Part shown: in pieces, positions 8,607 to 17,397 of the stretch
Position numbering within the stretch: position 1 is the stretch's first letter
Layout of the letters: each line of letters opens with the position of its first letter
DNA from: a virus
Taxonomy: Duplodnaviria > Heunggongvirae > Uroviricota > Caudoviricetes
Virus record (IMG/VR): IMGVR_UViG_3300029705_000072
DNA length: 64,000 bases
Strand: one strand, 5' to 3'
Translations under genes and position numbers: made by a program
Notes under the pieces: model-generated
Database searches by the model: none
Seen by the model: the letters and a program-made list of their open reading frames with translations, nothing else
What the model was told of the DNA's origin: nothing

Positions 8607-9398
8607 ATGTCCAGCATTATTAAAATTACCGATGACTACATCGAAGAATGCGTAAAAGAGTTCAAAGACGAACTTATTAAGTGCAGGATGGACGGGAAAT
8701 CCGAAATCAATTTCAAAAAAACGGTTTCTTCTGATAGCGAAAAGGCCGTCCTTTATATCGACTCTGCGGCGTATGCGAAGATGCAGGCTCTTGTATCTTC
8801 TTTTGACAAAGAGGTTGCATGGCATGGTCTTGCAGAGCGGATGGGGGACGAAAAACTCCACTGCTATCGAATTTATGACATCCTGTGTTACCCGCAGATT
8901 GCAGGAGCCGTAACGGTAGAGTCCGACGACGAAAGATACGGCGGCTGGTTTGATAAGCTCGAGAGCGATCAGGTAAACAATATGAGAATGCAGGGGCATT
9001 CACACGTTAATATGAGCGTTTATCCGTCAGTAACCGACGATAAGGACAGAGCGAACATGTTATCCATGATGCCCGGTGATGCATTCTATATCTTCATGAT
9101 TTGTAACAAGCGCGGTGAGATGAACACAAAAATTTACGACATGAAGAAGAATAAAATGTTCGGCAACCACGAAGTGTCCGTATATGTTTACACTGACGAT
9201 ATGGCTGAATTCATTAAGGAAGCCAAGGATTTTGTTAGATCTGTTGCGGTAGTGACCCCGATTCAGAAAGTAAATCAGGAGAAGGCGGTCGAAGAAAAGA
9301 AAAAAAACGAAAAAAGAGAAGAAAAAAGCGTAGGTAATCATAAGTACTCGTACATCGATGATACATGGGATGGTTACGAGGACTATGCATATATGTAA
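8607..9398 (+). CDS. JAB/MPN (JAMM) metalloprotease, deubiquitinase-like
   Basis: JAMM motif H-S-H-x7-S-x2-D present (HSHVNMSVYPSVTDD); RBS AAGGAGAA. Confidence 0.7.
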   Translation: MSSIIKITDDYIEECVKEFKDELIKCRMDGKSEINFKKTVSSDSEKAVLYIDSAAYAKMQALVSSFDKEVAWHGLAERMGDEKLHCYRIYDILCYPQIAGAVTVESDDERYGGWFDKLESDQVNNMRMQGHSHVNMSVYPSVTDDKDRANMLSMMPGDAFYIFMICNKRGEMNTKIYDMKKNKMFGNHEVSVYVYTDDMAEFIKEAKDFVRSVAVVTPIQKVNQEKAVEEKKKNEKREEKSVGNHKYSYIDDTWDGYEDYAYM

Positions 9399-9415
9399 AG
9401 AAAGGAGATGCTATC

Positions 9416-10087
9416 ATGGATTTGTCTAAGAGCTACGATTTCTTTAAGCCTGAAACGGACAAGAGTAGAATTCACATCATTGGATGTGGCTCCGTCGGTG
9501 CAACGGTTGCTGAAAACATTGCAAGATGCGGTGTGAAGAACTTCCATCTGTGGGATTTCGACAAGGTCGAGCCTCATAACATTGCAAACCAGCCGTTCAG
9601 GCACAAAGATATCGGCAAAGAAAAGGTAGAGGCGCTGAAAGAAATGATCTGTGAGATCAATCCGGACGCAGCTGATAGCGTTGTGCTTCATAACAAGGGT
9701 TGGGACGGCCAGAATCTCACCGGCTATGTCTTCCTGTGCGCAGATAGTATGAATGTTCGTCGAAATGTTGTAGAGCAGCACATGATGAGCACCAATATCA
9801 GAGCAATGTTCGACTTCAGAACCAGACTTACTGACGCTCAGCATTACGCAGCCGACTGGGCAGATCTCCGAATGAAAGAGAACTTTTATAAGACGATGGA
9901 TTTTTCGGATGAAGAAGCAGAAGCGGCAACTCCCACATCAGCGTGTGGTGTATCTCTTTCTGTATGCCCGACAATCAGAATTATTAGTGCATATGGCGTT
10001 GCAAACTTCATGAACTTCTGGAGGGGTGAGCCCATTAAGAAGATGATAGTTGCAGACGCATTCGCTTTTGACACGATGGCTTTCTAG
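9416..10087 (+). CDS. E1-like adenylyltransferase (ThiF/MoeB/HesA family), minimal 223 aa
   Basis: Rossmann motif IIGCGSVGA; D-x-D-x-V-E-x-H-N-I-x-N-Q (DFDKVEPHNIANQ); RBS AAAGGAGATG. Confidence 0.8.
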   Translation: MDLSKSYDFFKPETDKSRIHIIGCGSVGATVAENIARCGVKNFHLWDFDKVEPHNIANQPFRHKDIGKEKVEALKEMICEINPDAADSVVLHNKGWDGQNLTGYVFLCADSMNVRRNVVEQHMMSTNIRAMFDFRTRLTDAQHYAADWADLRMKENFYKTMDFSDEEAEAATPTSACGVSLSVCPTIRIISAYGVANFMNFWRGEPIKKMIVADAFAFDTMAF

Positions 10088-10428
10088 TCAAAAGCCATAT
10101 TTGCGATGCATTCTTTACGACGGTAAAGGCTGTTCGCTATGTAAGCAACAGTAACAAATTGTTCAACAGGGGAACGGGCGGGCAGACGACTGAAGGAGCT
10201 GCAGAAGGCGCCGGCATAAAAATCAAGACAATGAATCTAACGTCCAAGTCCAAACGCCATAAGGAAAACCTCGAAAACGAAAACCCGACGAGGTGAGAAC
10301 AAACCTGCGAAGAGCACCCAGCAAACCTACCTGTCCTCCCAAGACCAGGATGAGGACATCCTCCGTCCCAGCGGTCCTGATCGTTGACGCCAGAAAACAT
10401 ATTTAGATCGCAAAAGAAAGGCACAACT
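10088..10428 (+). ncRNA. structured non-coding region upstream of the RT (candidate RT-associated ncRNA/template)
   Basis: about 340 nt without ORF; hairpins (ctttacgacggtaaag); short inverted repeats at both ends (tttgcgat / atcgcaaa); shares the blocks agtaacaaattg, ctgaaggag and aacaaacctgc with region 11581-11975. Confidence 0.4.
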
Positions 10429-11580
10429 ATGATTTATGTAACAGTAAAGCAGTCACCGGTATTCAAGCAGATGTCAATAGAAGACCTGCTCTTTGGTGAC
10501 TTCGACAACAAGAAATTCGAATTCTTTTCGAACGGCGTATCTTCTACGAAGACATACGCCGTTTCTTATTTGTCCGAAAGAATGTCTAAAAATATTGGGG
10601 TGGATATCGATAACCTGATTGATAAGTTGAAGGCTTTTAATAATAACTACGCTGATCTTATGAGCATGGAACGAAGAGAGTTATATTCCACCTTCCATAT
10701 CCCCAAAAGAAGTGGCGGTCTTAGAAAGATCGATAATCCGTGCCCCGAACTGAAGAATGCACTCTATGTTCTTAAGGGTATTTTCGAAAACGATTTCCAT
10801 GCAATGTACCATACCAGTGCGTTTGCGTATGTGAAAGGTAGATCTACCGTAACAGCTGTTAAGAAACACCAGGCAAACGAGAGTAACTGGTTCGGCAAAT
10901 TCGACCTCACAAACTTCTTTGGAAGTACAACTATCGACTTTACGATGAAAATGCTTTCGATGATTTACCCTTTCAGTAGCGTAATCGAGAAGGCAGAGGG
11001 CGAGGCAGAACTCCGTAAGGCATTAGACCTTGCGTTTCTGGACGGAGGTCTTCCGCAGGGTACACCGCTTTCTCCCATGCTCACAAACATCATAATGATT
11101 CCAATCGACTTCGAACTGAACAAGGAGTTTAGAAACCTGAACGGTAAAAAGTTTGTGTACACAAGATACGCAGACGACTTCCATATTTCTTCAAGAACGG
11201 ACTTTAAGGTGTCTGAGGTAGAAGACGCAGTAATTAAGGTTCTTGAAAAGTACGGTGCACCTTTTTCACTTAACAGAAAGAAGACGAGATACGGCTCTTC
11301 TGCAGGTAGAAACTGGATTCTTGGCACGATGCTGAATTCAAACAATGAAATCACCGTTGGCCATAAGAAAAAGAAGCAGGTTCAGGCGATGATTCATAAC
11401 TACATCAGAGACAAGAAGTCCGGTATCGACTGGGATAAGAACGACGTTCAGGTTCTCAGTGGATATATCAGTTACATCCAGATGGTTGAAGGTGATGTGG
11501 CTAATAGAATAGTCGAGCACATGAACCAAAAGAACGATGTTGACCTGTTCAAAATGATCAAGGAAGACATTGCAAAATAG
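10429..11580 (+). CDS. reverse transcriptase (stand-alone prokaryotic RT; retron/DRT/UG-like)
   Basis: RT motifs: IPKRSGGLRKI (1-2), AFAYVKGRS, FGKFDLTNFFGS (3), LPQGTPLSPMLTN (4), YTRYADDF (5); about 100-aa N-terminal and about 140-aa C-terminal extensions, no endonuclease or maturase domain. Confidence 0.85.
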   Translation: MIYVTVKQSPVFKQMSIEDLLFGDFDNKKFEFFSNGVSSTKTYAVSYLSERMSKNIGVDIDNLIDKLKAFNNNYADLMSMERRELYSTFHIPKRSGGLRKIDNPCPELKNALYVLKGIFENDFHAMYHTSAFAYVKGRSTVTAVKKHQANESNWFGKFDLTNFFGSTTIDFTMKMLSMIYPFSSVIEKAEGEAELRKALDLAFLDGGLPQGTPLSPMLTNIIMIPIDFELNKEFRNLNGKKFVYTRYADDFHISSRTDFKVSEVEDAVIKVLEKYGAPFSLNRKKTRYGSSAGRNWILGTMLNSNNEITVGHKKKKQVQAMIHNYIRDKKSGIDWDKNDVQVLSGYISYIQMVEGDVANRIVEHMNQKNDVDLFKMIKEDIAK

Positions 11581-11975
11581 TAAAAAATGCCGCTAAAACC
11601 GGCGTTTTATAAACAGCATTGCGTATTACAACGAGTTAATATCCGTTGTGCTATTCGCTAAAAGCAGTAGTAACAAATTGCTGGACCAGCCAGGAGAGCT
11701 GCCGCATCTGAAGGAGGCGGGATCAGTAGCCAACAAACCTGCTTGCATAGTCAAACTACGATACAACTGCTGGCAAAGAATATAAGGCCAAAACAGGGCT
11801 TGAAAATTCAACAAACGCAGAGAGCAGCAACCGGTCAATAAAAGATGAAGCATCTCATAAAGAGTTAATTATGATTAGTAAAATCGGCGAAAACCAGGTA
11901 AAAGCATATTAAGGCAATGTTGTTATAGTGAAAATCACGCGCAGCCAAAACGACTGCTCCGTAATAGCCGGAGAT
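11581..11975 (+). ncRNA. second non-coding region downstream of the RT, partly homologous to 10088-10428
   Basis: no ORF; hairpins acaacg..cgttgt and gctgg-a-ccagc; shared sequence blocks with the upstream region. Confidence 0.35.
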
Positions 11976-11978
11976 TAT

Positions 11979-12053
11979 TGGGGTATCGCCAAGCGGTAAG
12001 GCACAGGGTTTTGATCCCTGTATTCGATGGTTCGAATCCATCTACCTCAGCCA
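11979..12053 (+). tRNA. tRNA-Gln (UUG)
   Basis: close match to the Firmicute tRNA-Gln pattern tggggtatcgccaagcggtaaggc...; anticodon loop ttTTGat; T-arm gatggttcgaatccatc; CCA encoded. Confidence 0.85.
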
Positions 12054-12091
12054 AAATTTTATTTATCAAGCCGGAAGAGAGGAGGAACTGT

Positions 12092-12433
12092 ATGGAAGAA
12101 ATATTAAACACCTTTTGTGCTGGAGATATCGTAAGGGTAAACCCGGAAACACCGTCCATTCATTGCGGGGATGCATTTGCATACGTTCCATACGAGGATA
12201 TGCTCTCGGCTAATGCCACAGTCGTTAAGGTTAGTGAAGATAGAATCGAAGGAACGCTGATAGGTCTGGAATTTGATTTAAAGGATAAACGCACCGTTTT
12301 ACATTCATGTGTCGATAACTACGTGGGGCACGGAAGAGAAGGCTACTGTTGGTGGCTTCGCCCAGAATGCTGTATACCGGTTCTGGCGGACGAAATGACA
12401 GAAAGCGAAGAGGATATTACGATGTTGTTATAA
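12092..12433 (+). CDS. paralog family member 3 (acidic tail ESEEDITMLL)
   Basis: RBS GAGAGGAGG; start placed after the tRNA. Confidence 0.6.
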   Translation: MEEILNTFCAGDIVRVNPETPSIHCGDAFAYVPYEDMLSANATVVKVSEDRIEGTLIGLEFDLKDKRTVLHSCVDNYVGHGREGYCWWLRPECCIPVLADEMTESEEDITMLL

Positions 12434-12467
12434 CGCTTAAAAATGTTTTGTGGGTGGTGAGAAACAG

Positions 12468-12800
12468 GTGAAATTTATAATTGGCGATATTGTTTCCGTA
12501 AAAGAAGGAACGCGTGTCGGAAATGACAGAACTGTATTTAACGTACCGAGCAAGGATCTTATCGGCATTCCAGCAACCGTTCTTGGTTTTAAAAACGGAG
12601 GAACATTAGTCGGTGTGAAGTTTCACATAGACAAAGCAATGAGTAGTCTGCACAGCTGCGGCACTATCGAACCGCCTGGACGTTCTGGTCGCAATGGATA
12701 TTGTTGGTTCCTGGACGAAAGTTTGTTGCGGTTCTATGAGGAAACAACTGGCCTTGACCTTGATGAATCGACAGAAGACATTAAGATGCTTCTTGTGTGA
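12468..12800 (+). CDS. paralog family member 4 (probable GTG start)
   Basis: IIGDIVSVKEGT...LHSC...GYCWFLDESLL...STEDIKMLLV. Confidence 0.55.
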   Translation: MKFIIGDIVSVKEGTRVGNDRTVFNVPSKDLIGIPATVLGFKNGGTLVGVKFHIDKAMSSLHSCGTIEPPGRSGRNGYCWFLDESLLRFYEETTGLDLDESTEDIKMLLV

Positions 12801-12846
12801 TCGCGTTATAACCAAATAATTGTTTTATGAAGGAGGTTGCGGTGTG

Positions 12847-13176
12847 ATGTCTACTGATTTTAAAGTAGGGGATTTGGTTGTTTTACACCAGAACACACCC
12901 GTGCGGTACGGACGTTATGCACCGAGCGCTGTGCCTAGCGAAGAAATGAAATCGGTTTGTGCTACCGTTGTTGGCGCTGAATACAATTCATACCTTCTTG
13001 ACTTTGTTTTAATAGAGAAGGTTCCAGAATTTTTACGACCAACTCATACCGACAATGACGGCGATCATTATTATTGGTTTGTAAAAAAAGAATTCGTATT
13101 ACCAGCGATTGCAATGGATGTATCTGACTTTATTGAACCAGAAGAAGACGCAGATCCGTTGTGTATGTTTATGTAA
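12847..13176 (+). CDS. paralog family member 5
   Basis: RBS AAGGAGGT; FKVGDLVVLH...YYWFVKKEF...EPEEDADPL. Confidence 0.55.
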   Translation: MSTDFKVGDLVVLHQNTPVRYGRYAPSAVPSEEMKSVCATVVGAEYNSYLLDFVLIEKVPEFLRPTHTDNDGDHYYWFVKKEFVLPAIAMDVSDFIEPEEDADPLCMFM

Positions 13177-13422
13177 TAGCGCTTGATTCTGTGGAATTCA
13201 GGCGTGTCGACCCCTCTGGGCGCGCCGTGAAAGCCGGCATTATTACCAAAATGTAATTTTAAGTGGAGGATTTGACTATGGAAACTGTTTATCTAACCGA
13301 TATTACTGGAACTATTGGCGAGTGGCTTGATGCAGATTTTGATAGCGAAGTACCGAATGAAGTTATTGAGTTGCTGAAAAAGGCATATGAGATTGCAGTA
13401 AAAGAATTTGAGAGGTAATTCT

Positions 13423-13629
13423 ATGCTTGAAAAGTACAATGCAATGCTTAAAGCAGAATACGGAGAAAACATTACAGTAGAAATCAAAAGTTATATCGAA
13501 GATGATGATAATGTGTGGTATTACTACACATCTGCAAGATATGGAGATAGCGAAAATGCTTTTGAAACAATCGAAGAAGCATATAGTGATGCTTGTCTGT
13601 ATATGAGTTATGTTGGTGAGTTGTGGTAA
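13423..13629 (+). CDS. hypothetical small protein
   Basis: ORF in an AT-rich small-gene cassette. Confidence 0.4.
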   Translation: MLEKYNAMLKAEYGENITVEIKSYIEDDDNVWYYYTSARYGDSENAFETIEEAYSDACLYMSYVGELW

Positions 13630-13661
13630 GTTAAAAGGCTAATTTTGCATGGAGATTTAGT

Positions 13662-13865
13662 ATGAGAGAATTTGTTGAGTATGTATGTATTATTCTTCAT
13701 GTTGGCACAGACTTGGAAGAACTTGAAAGTCATCTGTCTATGAATGGGTATAATTTTGGCATTGATAAACGCAGAAATCTTCTCTTTGTATCCATTGATG
13801 AAGTTGAATATGTGGAAACAATTTTGAATGATAGAAATATTATCCATGGTACAAAGGTGTGCTGA
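13662..13865 (+). CDS. hypothetical small protein
   Basis: ORF, upstream gga..ATG. Confidence 0.4.
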   Translation: MREFVEYVCIILHVGTDLEELESHLSMNGYNFGIDKRRNLLFVSIDEVEYVETILNDRNIIHGTKVC

Positions 13866-13889
13866 AGGATAATTTTATGAGGTTGATAT

Positions 13890-14120
13890 ATGAAAAAGCG
13901 AATTTTAAATTGGCTGTTTGGCATAGAGAATGTAGAAGAATATATTCAGTTATTGCATGAAAATATTGAGTGCAGACAGAAGTATATTATCGAGATGAAT
14001 TCTCATCTTAAAACATTGCATGAAGAGAGAGAAAGTATTGATATTATTCGCAAGTTAATTAGGATATGCGAAAACCACGGAATTGATGCTGACGAAGAAA
14101 TAAAACATATCAAACTCTAA
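13890..14120 (+). CDS. hypothetical small protein
   Basis: ORF preceded by ttttatgaggttgatat motif. Confidence 0.4.
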   Translation: MKKRILNWLFGIENVEEYIQLLHENIECRQKYIIEMNSHLKTLHEERESIDIIRKLIRICENHGIDADEEIKHIKL

Positions 14121-14139
14121 AAGGATAGTTTTATGAGGC

Positions 14140-14394
14140 GTGAATATGAGGAAGCAATTTGTACTTAAATATCTTATAGGTGGCTATGGAGTATTTGGTA
14201 GAGTCATAGAAGATTATATGAGTGGAGAAACATACGAAGATGTTCTTAGTCAGTTTTGGAAAAGATACGAACATCTGTTAGATTGTGTTAAACCTACAAT
14301 ACTTGGATTGTACCTTCGTGAAAGCGGTGACACAAAGCAGATGTGGGAAGCAAGAAAAATCGAACTAACAGAATGTCAAATGTACGGAAGATAA
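14140..14394 (+). CDS. hypothetical small protein
   Basis: ORF preceded by ttttatgaggcgtgaat motif. Confidence 0.4.
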   Translation: MNMRKQFVLKYLIGGYGVFGRVIEDYMSGETYEDVLSQFWKRYEHLLDCVKPTILGLYLRESGDTKQMWEARKIELTECQMYGR

Positions 14395-14421
14395 AATGAC
14401 AATTTTGGGAGGATTGATATT

Positions 14422-14853
14422 ATGAACACGATGGCGATCGAAGCAAAGCTCGCCGAGAAATATAAGTATAAGAGACTTCCTGGAGATTTGTCTGAGAAAT
14501 ACAGACAGTATTTTATAGATAATATACCCGACGGTTTATTTCTAAATGGCGGAGGAGTGTTGAAGACTTTTAACGGAAGCGTGATTTGCGACAGCTACCA
14601 AAGAATTGTCGTAGGAGATTACGGAGCGTTTATTGAATTCAACGCCCCATACGATGGTTCTTCATTTATTATTAAGCCCGGACAAGAATTCAGAGTCAAT
14701 GATGAGAGGTACAGCAAGAACGTAAAATACGTCTGGCTGACCATTGATGACGGTAGCGATATTAAGATTTATCATCAGAAAAAGGGCGTAGTGTATGCGG
14801 ATTACCAGCCTGGCATGTATTACGTAAGTGTTCATGAAGTAATTCCGGCATAA
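14422..14853 (+). CDS. hypothetical protein (143 aa)
   Basis: RBS ttgggaggattgat. Confidence 0.5.
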   Translation: MNTMAIEAKLAEKYKYKRLPGDLSEKYRQYFIDNIPDGLFLNGGGVLKTFNGSVICDSYQRIVVGDYGAFIEFNAPYDGSSFIIKPGQEFRVNDERYSKNVKYVWLTIDDGSDIKIYHQKKGVVYADYQPGMYYVSVHEVIPA

Positions 14854-14878
14854 AAGAGTGATTTAAAGAGGTAAAGTT

Positions 14879-15070
14879 ATGGGTTATATGAGATTTGTAT
14901 ACGGATCAAATATGTATGACTTTTATTTTATCCCTACAATTAGATTTGAGACGCATTGCGAAAAGAGATATCTAACAGTTGAATGGTTAAAGTGGTACAC
15001 AGGAATAACATGGGCAGTAAAGGCAATAAGGGAGGAATTCAAAGAGGTTGATTATGAACGAAGGAATTAA
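14879..15070 (+). CDS. hypothetical small protein
   Basis: RBS aagaggtaaagtt. Confidence 0.4.
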   Translation: MGYMRFVYGSNMYDFYFIPTIRFETHCEKRYLTVEWLKWYTGITWAVKAIREEFKEVDYERRN

Positions 15071-15338
15071 ACAGTACACCATAGAAGATGCCTATACTGA
15101 CAATACCGAAATAAAAATGTATGAAAAAGGCAAGTTGGTTGGTAAAAAGATCGTTTCTAATTGGAAATTATATGCTTATCTTGAAAGATTGATAGATGAA
15201 GGATATCAGCAAGCATATGATGTAAAGAAATATGAAAAAGCGGTTAAAAAAGCAAAAGAATCTCTTATGCAAGCCGAAACTGAACTTGAAATGGCAAGAG
15301 CTAATAGATTGTATTCTGAAAAAGATTTAACCATATAA
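15054..15338 (+). CDS. hypothetical small protein (start MNEGIK)
   Basis: aaagaggttgattATGaacgaa start context is repeated at 16021. Confidence 0.4.
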   Translation: MNEGIKQYTIEDAYTDNTEIKMYEKGKLVGKKIVSNWKLYAYLERLIDEGYQQAYDVKKYEKAVKKAKESLMQAETELEMARANRLYSEKDLTI

Positions 15339-15362
15339 AGATACTAAATAAGAGGAGTAAAT

Positions 15363-15596
15363 ATGACCAGAACTGAAATGATAATATTTATCAAAGAGAA
15401 TCCCTATGTTCATATTACACATCCTTTTTTCGATGATTCGGAGTATATCTATTCTGCTGAAGATGGAAATGTATATGAAGAACATGGATATCTGTTTGAG
15501 AGTTGGGATAGCGTTACCGATATGTGGTCTGGTAACAACGGCATCAGAATGAGAACCGGTGGAAGTTGGGAAATTGATTGGCACATAAAAGTGTGA
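15363..15596 (+). CDS. hypothetical small protein
   Basis: RBS aagaggagtaaat. Confidence 0.4.
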   Translation: MTRTEMIIFIKENPYVHITHPFFDDSEYIYSAEDGNVYEEHGYLFESWDSVTDMWSGNNGIRMRTGGSWEIDWHIKV

Positions 15597-15632
15597 TTTT
15601 TACACGATGCTAAATAAAAGGAGTGAAATATT

Positions 15633-15869
15633 ATGAGTAAACCTTACTTTGCAAGTGTAAATGCAAATGGTTATTTGGTATATAGTGATGCAAATTCACC
15701 CAAAGATCATTTCAACGCAGTGGAATATCAGGGAATGTCAGAAGATTTGCAAGAAAAAATGCGAGAGACGTGGAGTGGTGTAGAAAATATAAATGTAACA
15801 GCACTTACGTTTTCTAATGTATTTGAGGCTTCGGATTACTGTGTGAAACACGGCTTTATTGTTTTATAA
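15633..15869 (+). CDS. hypothetical small protein
   Basis: RBS aaaggagtgaaatatt. Confidence 0.4.
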   Translation: MSKPYFASVNANGYLVYSDANSPKDHFNAVEYQGMSEDLQEKMRETWSGVENINVTALTFSNVFEASDYCVKHGFIVL

Positions 15870-16020
15870 ACTAAGTACATAAAAGTGTGGTTCTACGGAG
15901 GATATGATAATGCTTATGACGAAGTAGAAGATAGAGGAATTGATATAATTAAGTGTCTTGAAATATGTGGAGTTTATTATGTGGGATAACCACATAAAAG
16001 GGGAATTAAGGAGGTTGATT

Positions 16021-16218
16021 ATGAACGAATATCAGTTCCCGGAGGAGAAAATTTGGCTAGAAAAATGTTATGCCCATGCAAAGATATTCATTAAAGATGA
16101 ACATATTTGGGAGCTTGAATATGATGGTGACGAGCCGAATCCACATACGGAAAGTATCAAGGAATTGGAAAGGTATATTGCAGCGATTGAAGAAAGTTTA
16201 AAGAAATTAAAAGAGTAG
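16021..16218 (+). CDS. hypothetical small protein (start MNEYQF)
   Basis: RBS aaggaggttgatt-ATG. Confidence 0.4.
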   Translation: MNEYQFPEEKIWLEKCYAHAKIFIKDEHIWELEYDGDEPNPHTESIKELERYIAAIEESLKKLKE

Positions 16219-16400
16219 TTTCACATAAAGTGATAACAGAAAGGAAAGGGTATCATGCAGGGATGTTTTGAATACTTGGACAGGCTGATGGACGAAGTGA
16301 AGATCGCAGAAATTCCAGAGGAAGAGAAGGAGTATGTTGCGTCTCGTTTAGAAGAACTTGTTAGTATGCTGCGTGATAACTAGCGCAGCATTATTTAATT

Positions 16401-16481
16401 GTCCGTGTGGTGGAATGGCAGACACGCAGGGTTTAGGTTCCTGTGCGAAGCGTGTGGGTTCAAGTCCCACCACGGACACCA
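16401..16481 (+). tRNA. tRNA-Leu (UAG), type II
   Basis: perfect 7-bp acceptor gtccgtg/cacggac; anticodon loop ttTAGgt; long variable arm; T-arm gtgggttcaagtcccac. Confidence 0.85.
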
Positions 16482-16484
16482 TAT

Positions 16485-16575
16485 GGCCGGGTAAGCATAG
16501 TTTGGTACTGCAGCGGTTTGCTAAACCGTTCACCGAGTGATCGGTGCGCAGGTTCGAGTCCTGTCCCGGCCGCCA
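16485..16575 (+). tRNA. tRNA-Ser (GCU), type II
   Basis: acceptor ggccggg/cccggcc; anticodon loop ttGCTaa; variable arm caccgagtgatcggtg. Confidence 0.85.
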
Positions 16576-16654
16576 AAAATCTTCGTCGTGGTTGCATTCG
16601 GCGGACGGTTTTTTATACTCCATTAGGCGATAGGTTTATCCCTATCGCCACCCA

Positions 16655-16738
16655 GGGGTTGTGATGGAAAGGCAGACATGACGGACTTAAAATCCGTTGG
16701 AGAAATCCGTGTGGGTTCAAGTCCCACCATCCCCACCA
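16655..16738 (+). tRNA. tRNA-Leu (UAA), type II (one acceptor mismatch)
   Basis: anticodon stem acgga/tccgt with loop ctTAAaa; D-arm matches the other Leu tRNA; T-arm gtgggttcaagtcccac. Confidence 0.75.
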
Positions 16739-16741
16739 TAT

Positions 16742-16834
16742 GGAAAGATAAGCCTAATGGTAAGGCAGCGGTCTCGAAAACCGCCAGTAGCCATCTAAGA
16801 TGGCGTATGAGTTCAAGTCTCATTCTTTCCGCCA
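16742..16834 (+). tRNA. tRNA-Ser (CGA), type II
   Basis: acceptor ggaaaga/tctttcc; anticodon loop ctCGAaa; long variable arm. Confidence 0.8.
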
Positions 16835-16837
16835 TAT

Positions 16838-16914
16838 GCGGCGTTGATGTTCAATGGTTAGCATATCAGCCTTCCAAGCTGAGTGAGCCGGTTCGAGTCC
16901 GGTACGCCGCTCCA
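16838..16914 (+). tRNA. tRNA-Gly (UCC)
   Basis: acceptor gcggcgt/acgccgc; anticodon loop ctTCCaa; T-arm ccggttcgagtccgg. Confidence 0.85.
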
Positions 16915-17035
16915 GCCCCTTGCCCGGGCACACGCTACTTTTCCTTGGTGGTAGATTGGTAAAACCACCTTGTCAGGATGTGGCAGAGACCATACCTTGT
17001 CGGCGGAACGAGGAAACATCCATCCGCTATTTTTT
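16915..17035 (+). other. non-coding segment with degenerate tRNA-like pieces and a T-run
   Basis: ggatgtggcagag resembles the Leu tRNA D-arm; hairpin ggtggtagattggtaaaaccacc; ends in ctattttttc; no intact T-arm. Confidence 0.25.
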
Positions 17036-17112
17036 CTGGGTGTAGCGCAGTTCGGTAGCGCGTCTGTTTTGGGTACAGAAGGCCGCTGGTTCAAATCCAG
17101 TCACTCAGACCA
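17036..17112 (+). tRNA. tRNA-Pro (UGG)
   Basis: acceptor ctgggtg/cactcag; anticodon stem tctgt/acaga with loop ttTGGgt; T-loop ttcaaat; CCA encoded. Confidence 0.85.
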
Positions 17113-17397
17113 ACCTTTATAGGTCGTGCAGATTTGTTGGTAATACATAACTGAAAGTTTGAAGAATCAACATCTCTTCGCCCATGGTAGGAGAAACACA
17201 TTGTTGGGTAGTGGTTTTTCTTTATTAACGCCTCAGTGGCAACCATAGCAGGCTGCCAAGAGGCGTTAAAACACGATCACAACGCAATCGCAGATCTGAA
17301 CACACCAGCGCCTCCAAACTCAAGGAGGAGCTAGTGTGTCCACATCATCGCGATCGGACGACCTAAACAAAAGATTAAAAAGAAAGGATTTTGTACT

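Noticed and set aside
10088-11975. Diversity-generating retroelement (TR/VR pair around the RT)
   Set aside because: The two flanking regions share only short blocks. Their differences are not adenine-specific, there is no roughly 100-bp near-identical TR/VR, and no C-type-lectin-like target gene with a VR at its 3' end is nearby.
10088-11975. Group II intron (RT as intron-encoded protein)
   Set aside because: No GUGYG 5' boundary, no recognisable domain V, and the RT lacks X/maturase and En domains. Size and motif 4 (QGxxxSP) fit retron/UG-type RTs better.
16348-17094. ORFs on both strands across the tRNA array (16348.., 16443.., 16623.., 16678.., 16858..)
   Set aside because: The region is fully accounted for by six tRNA genes, so these translations are artefacts.
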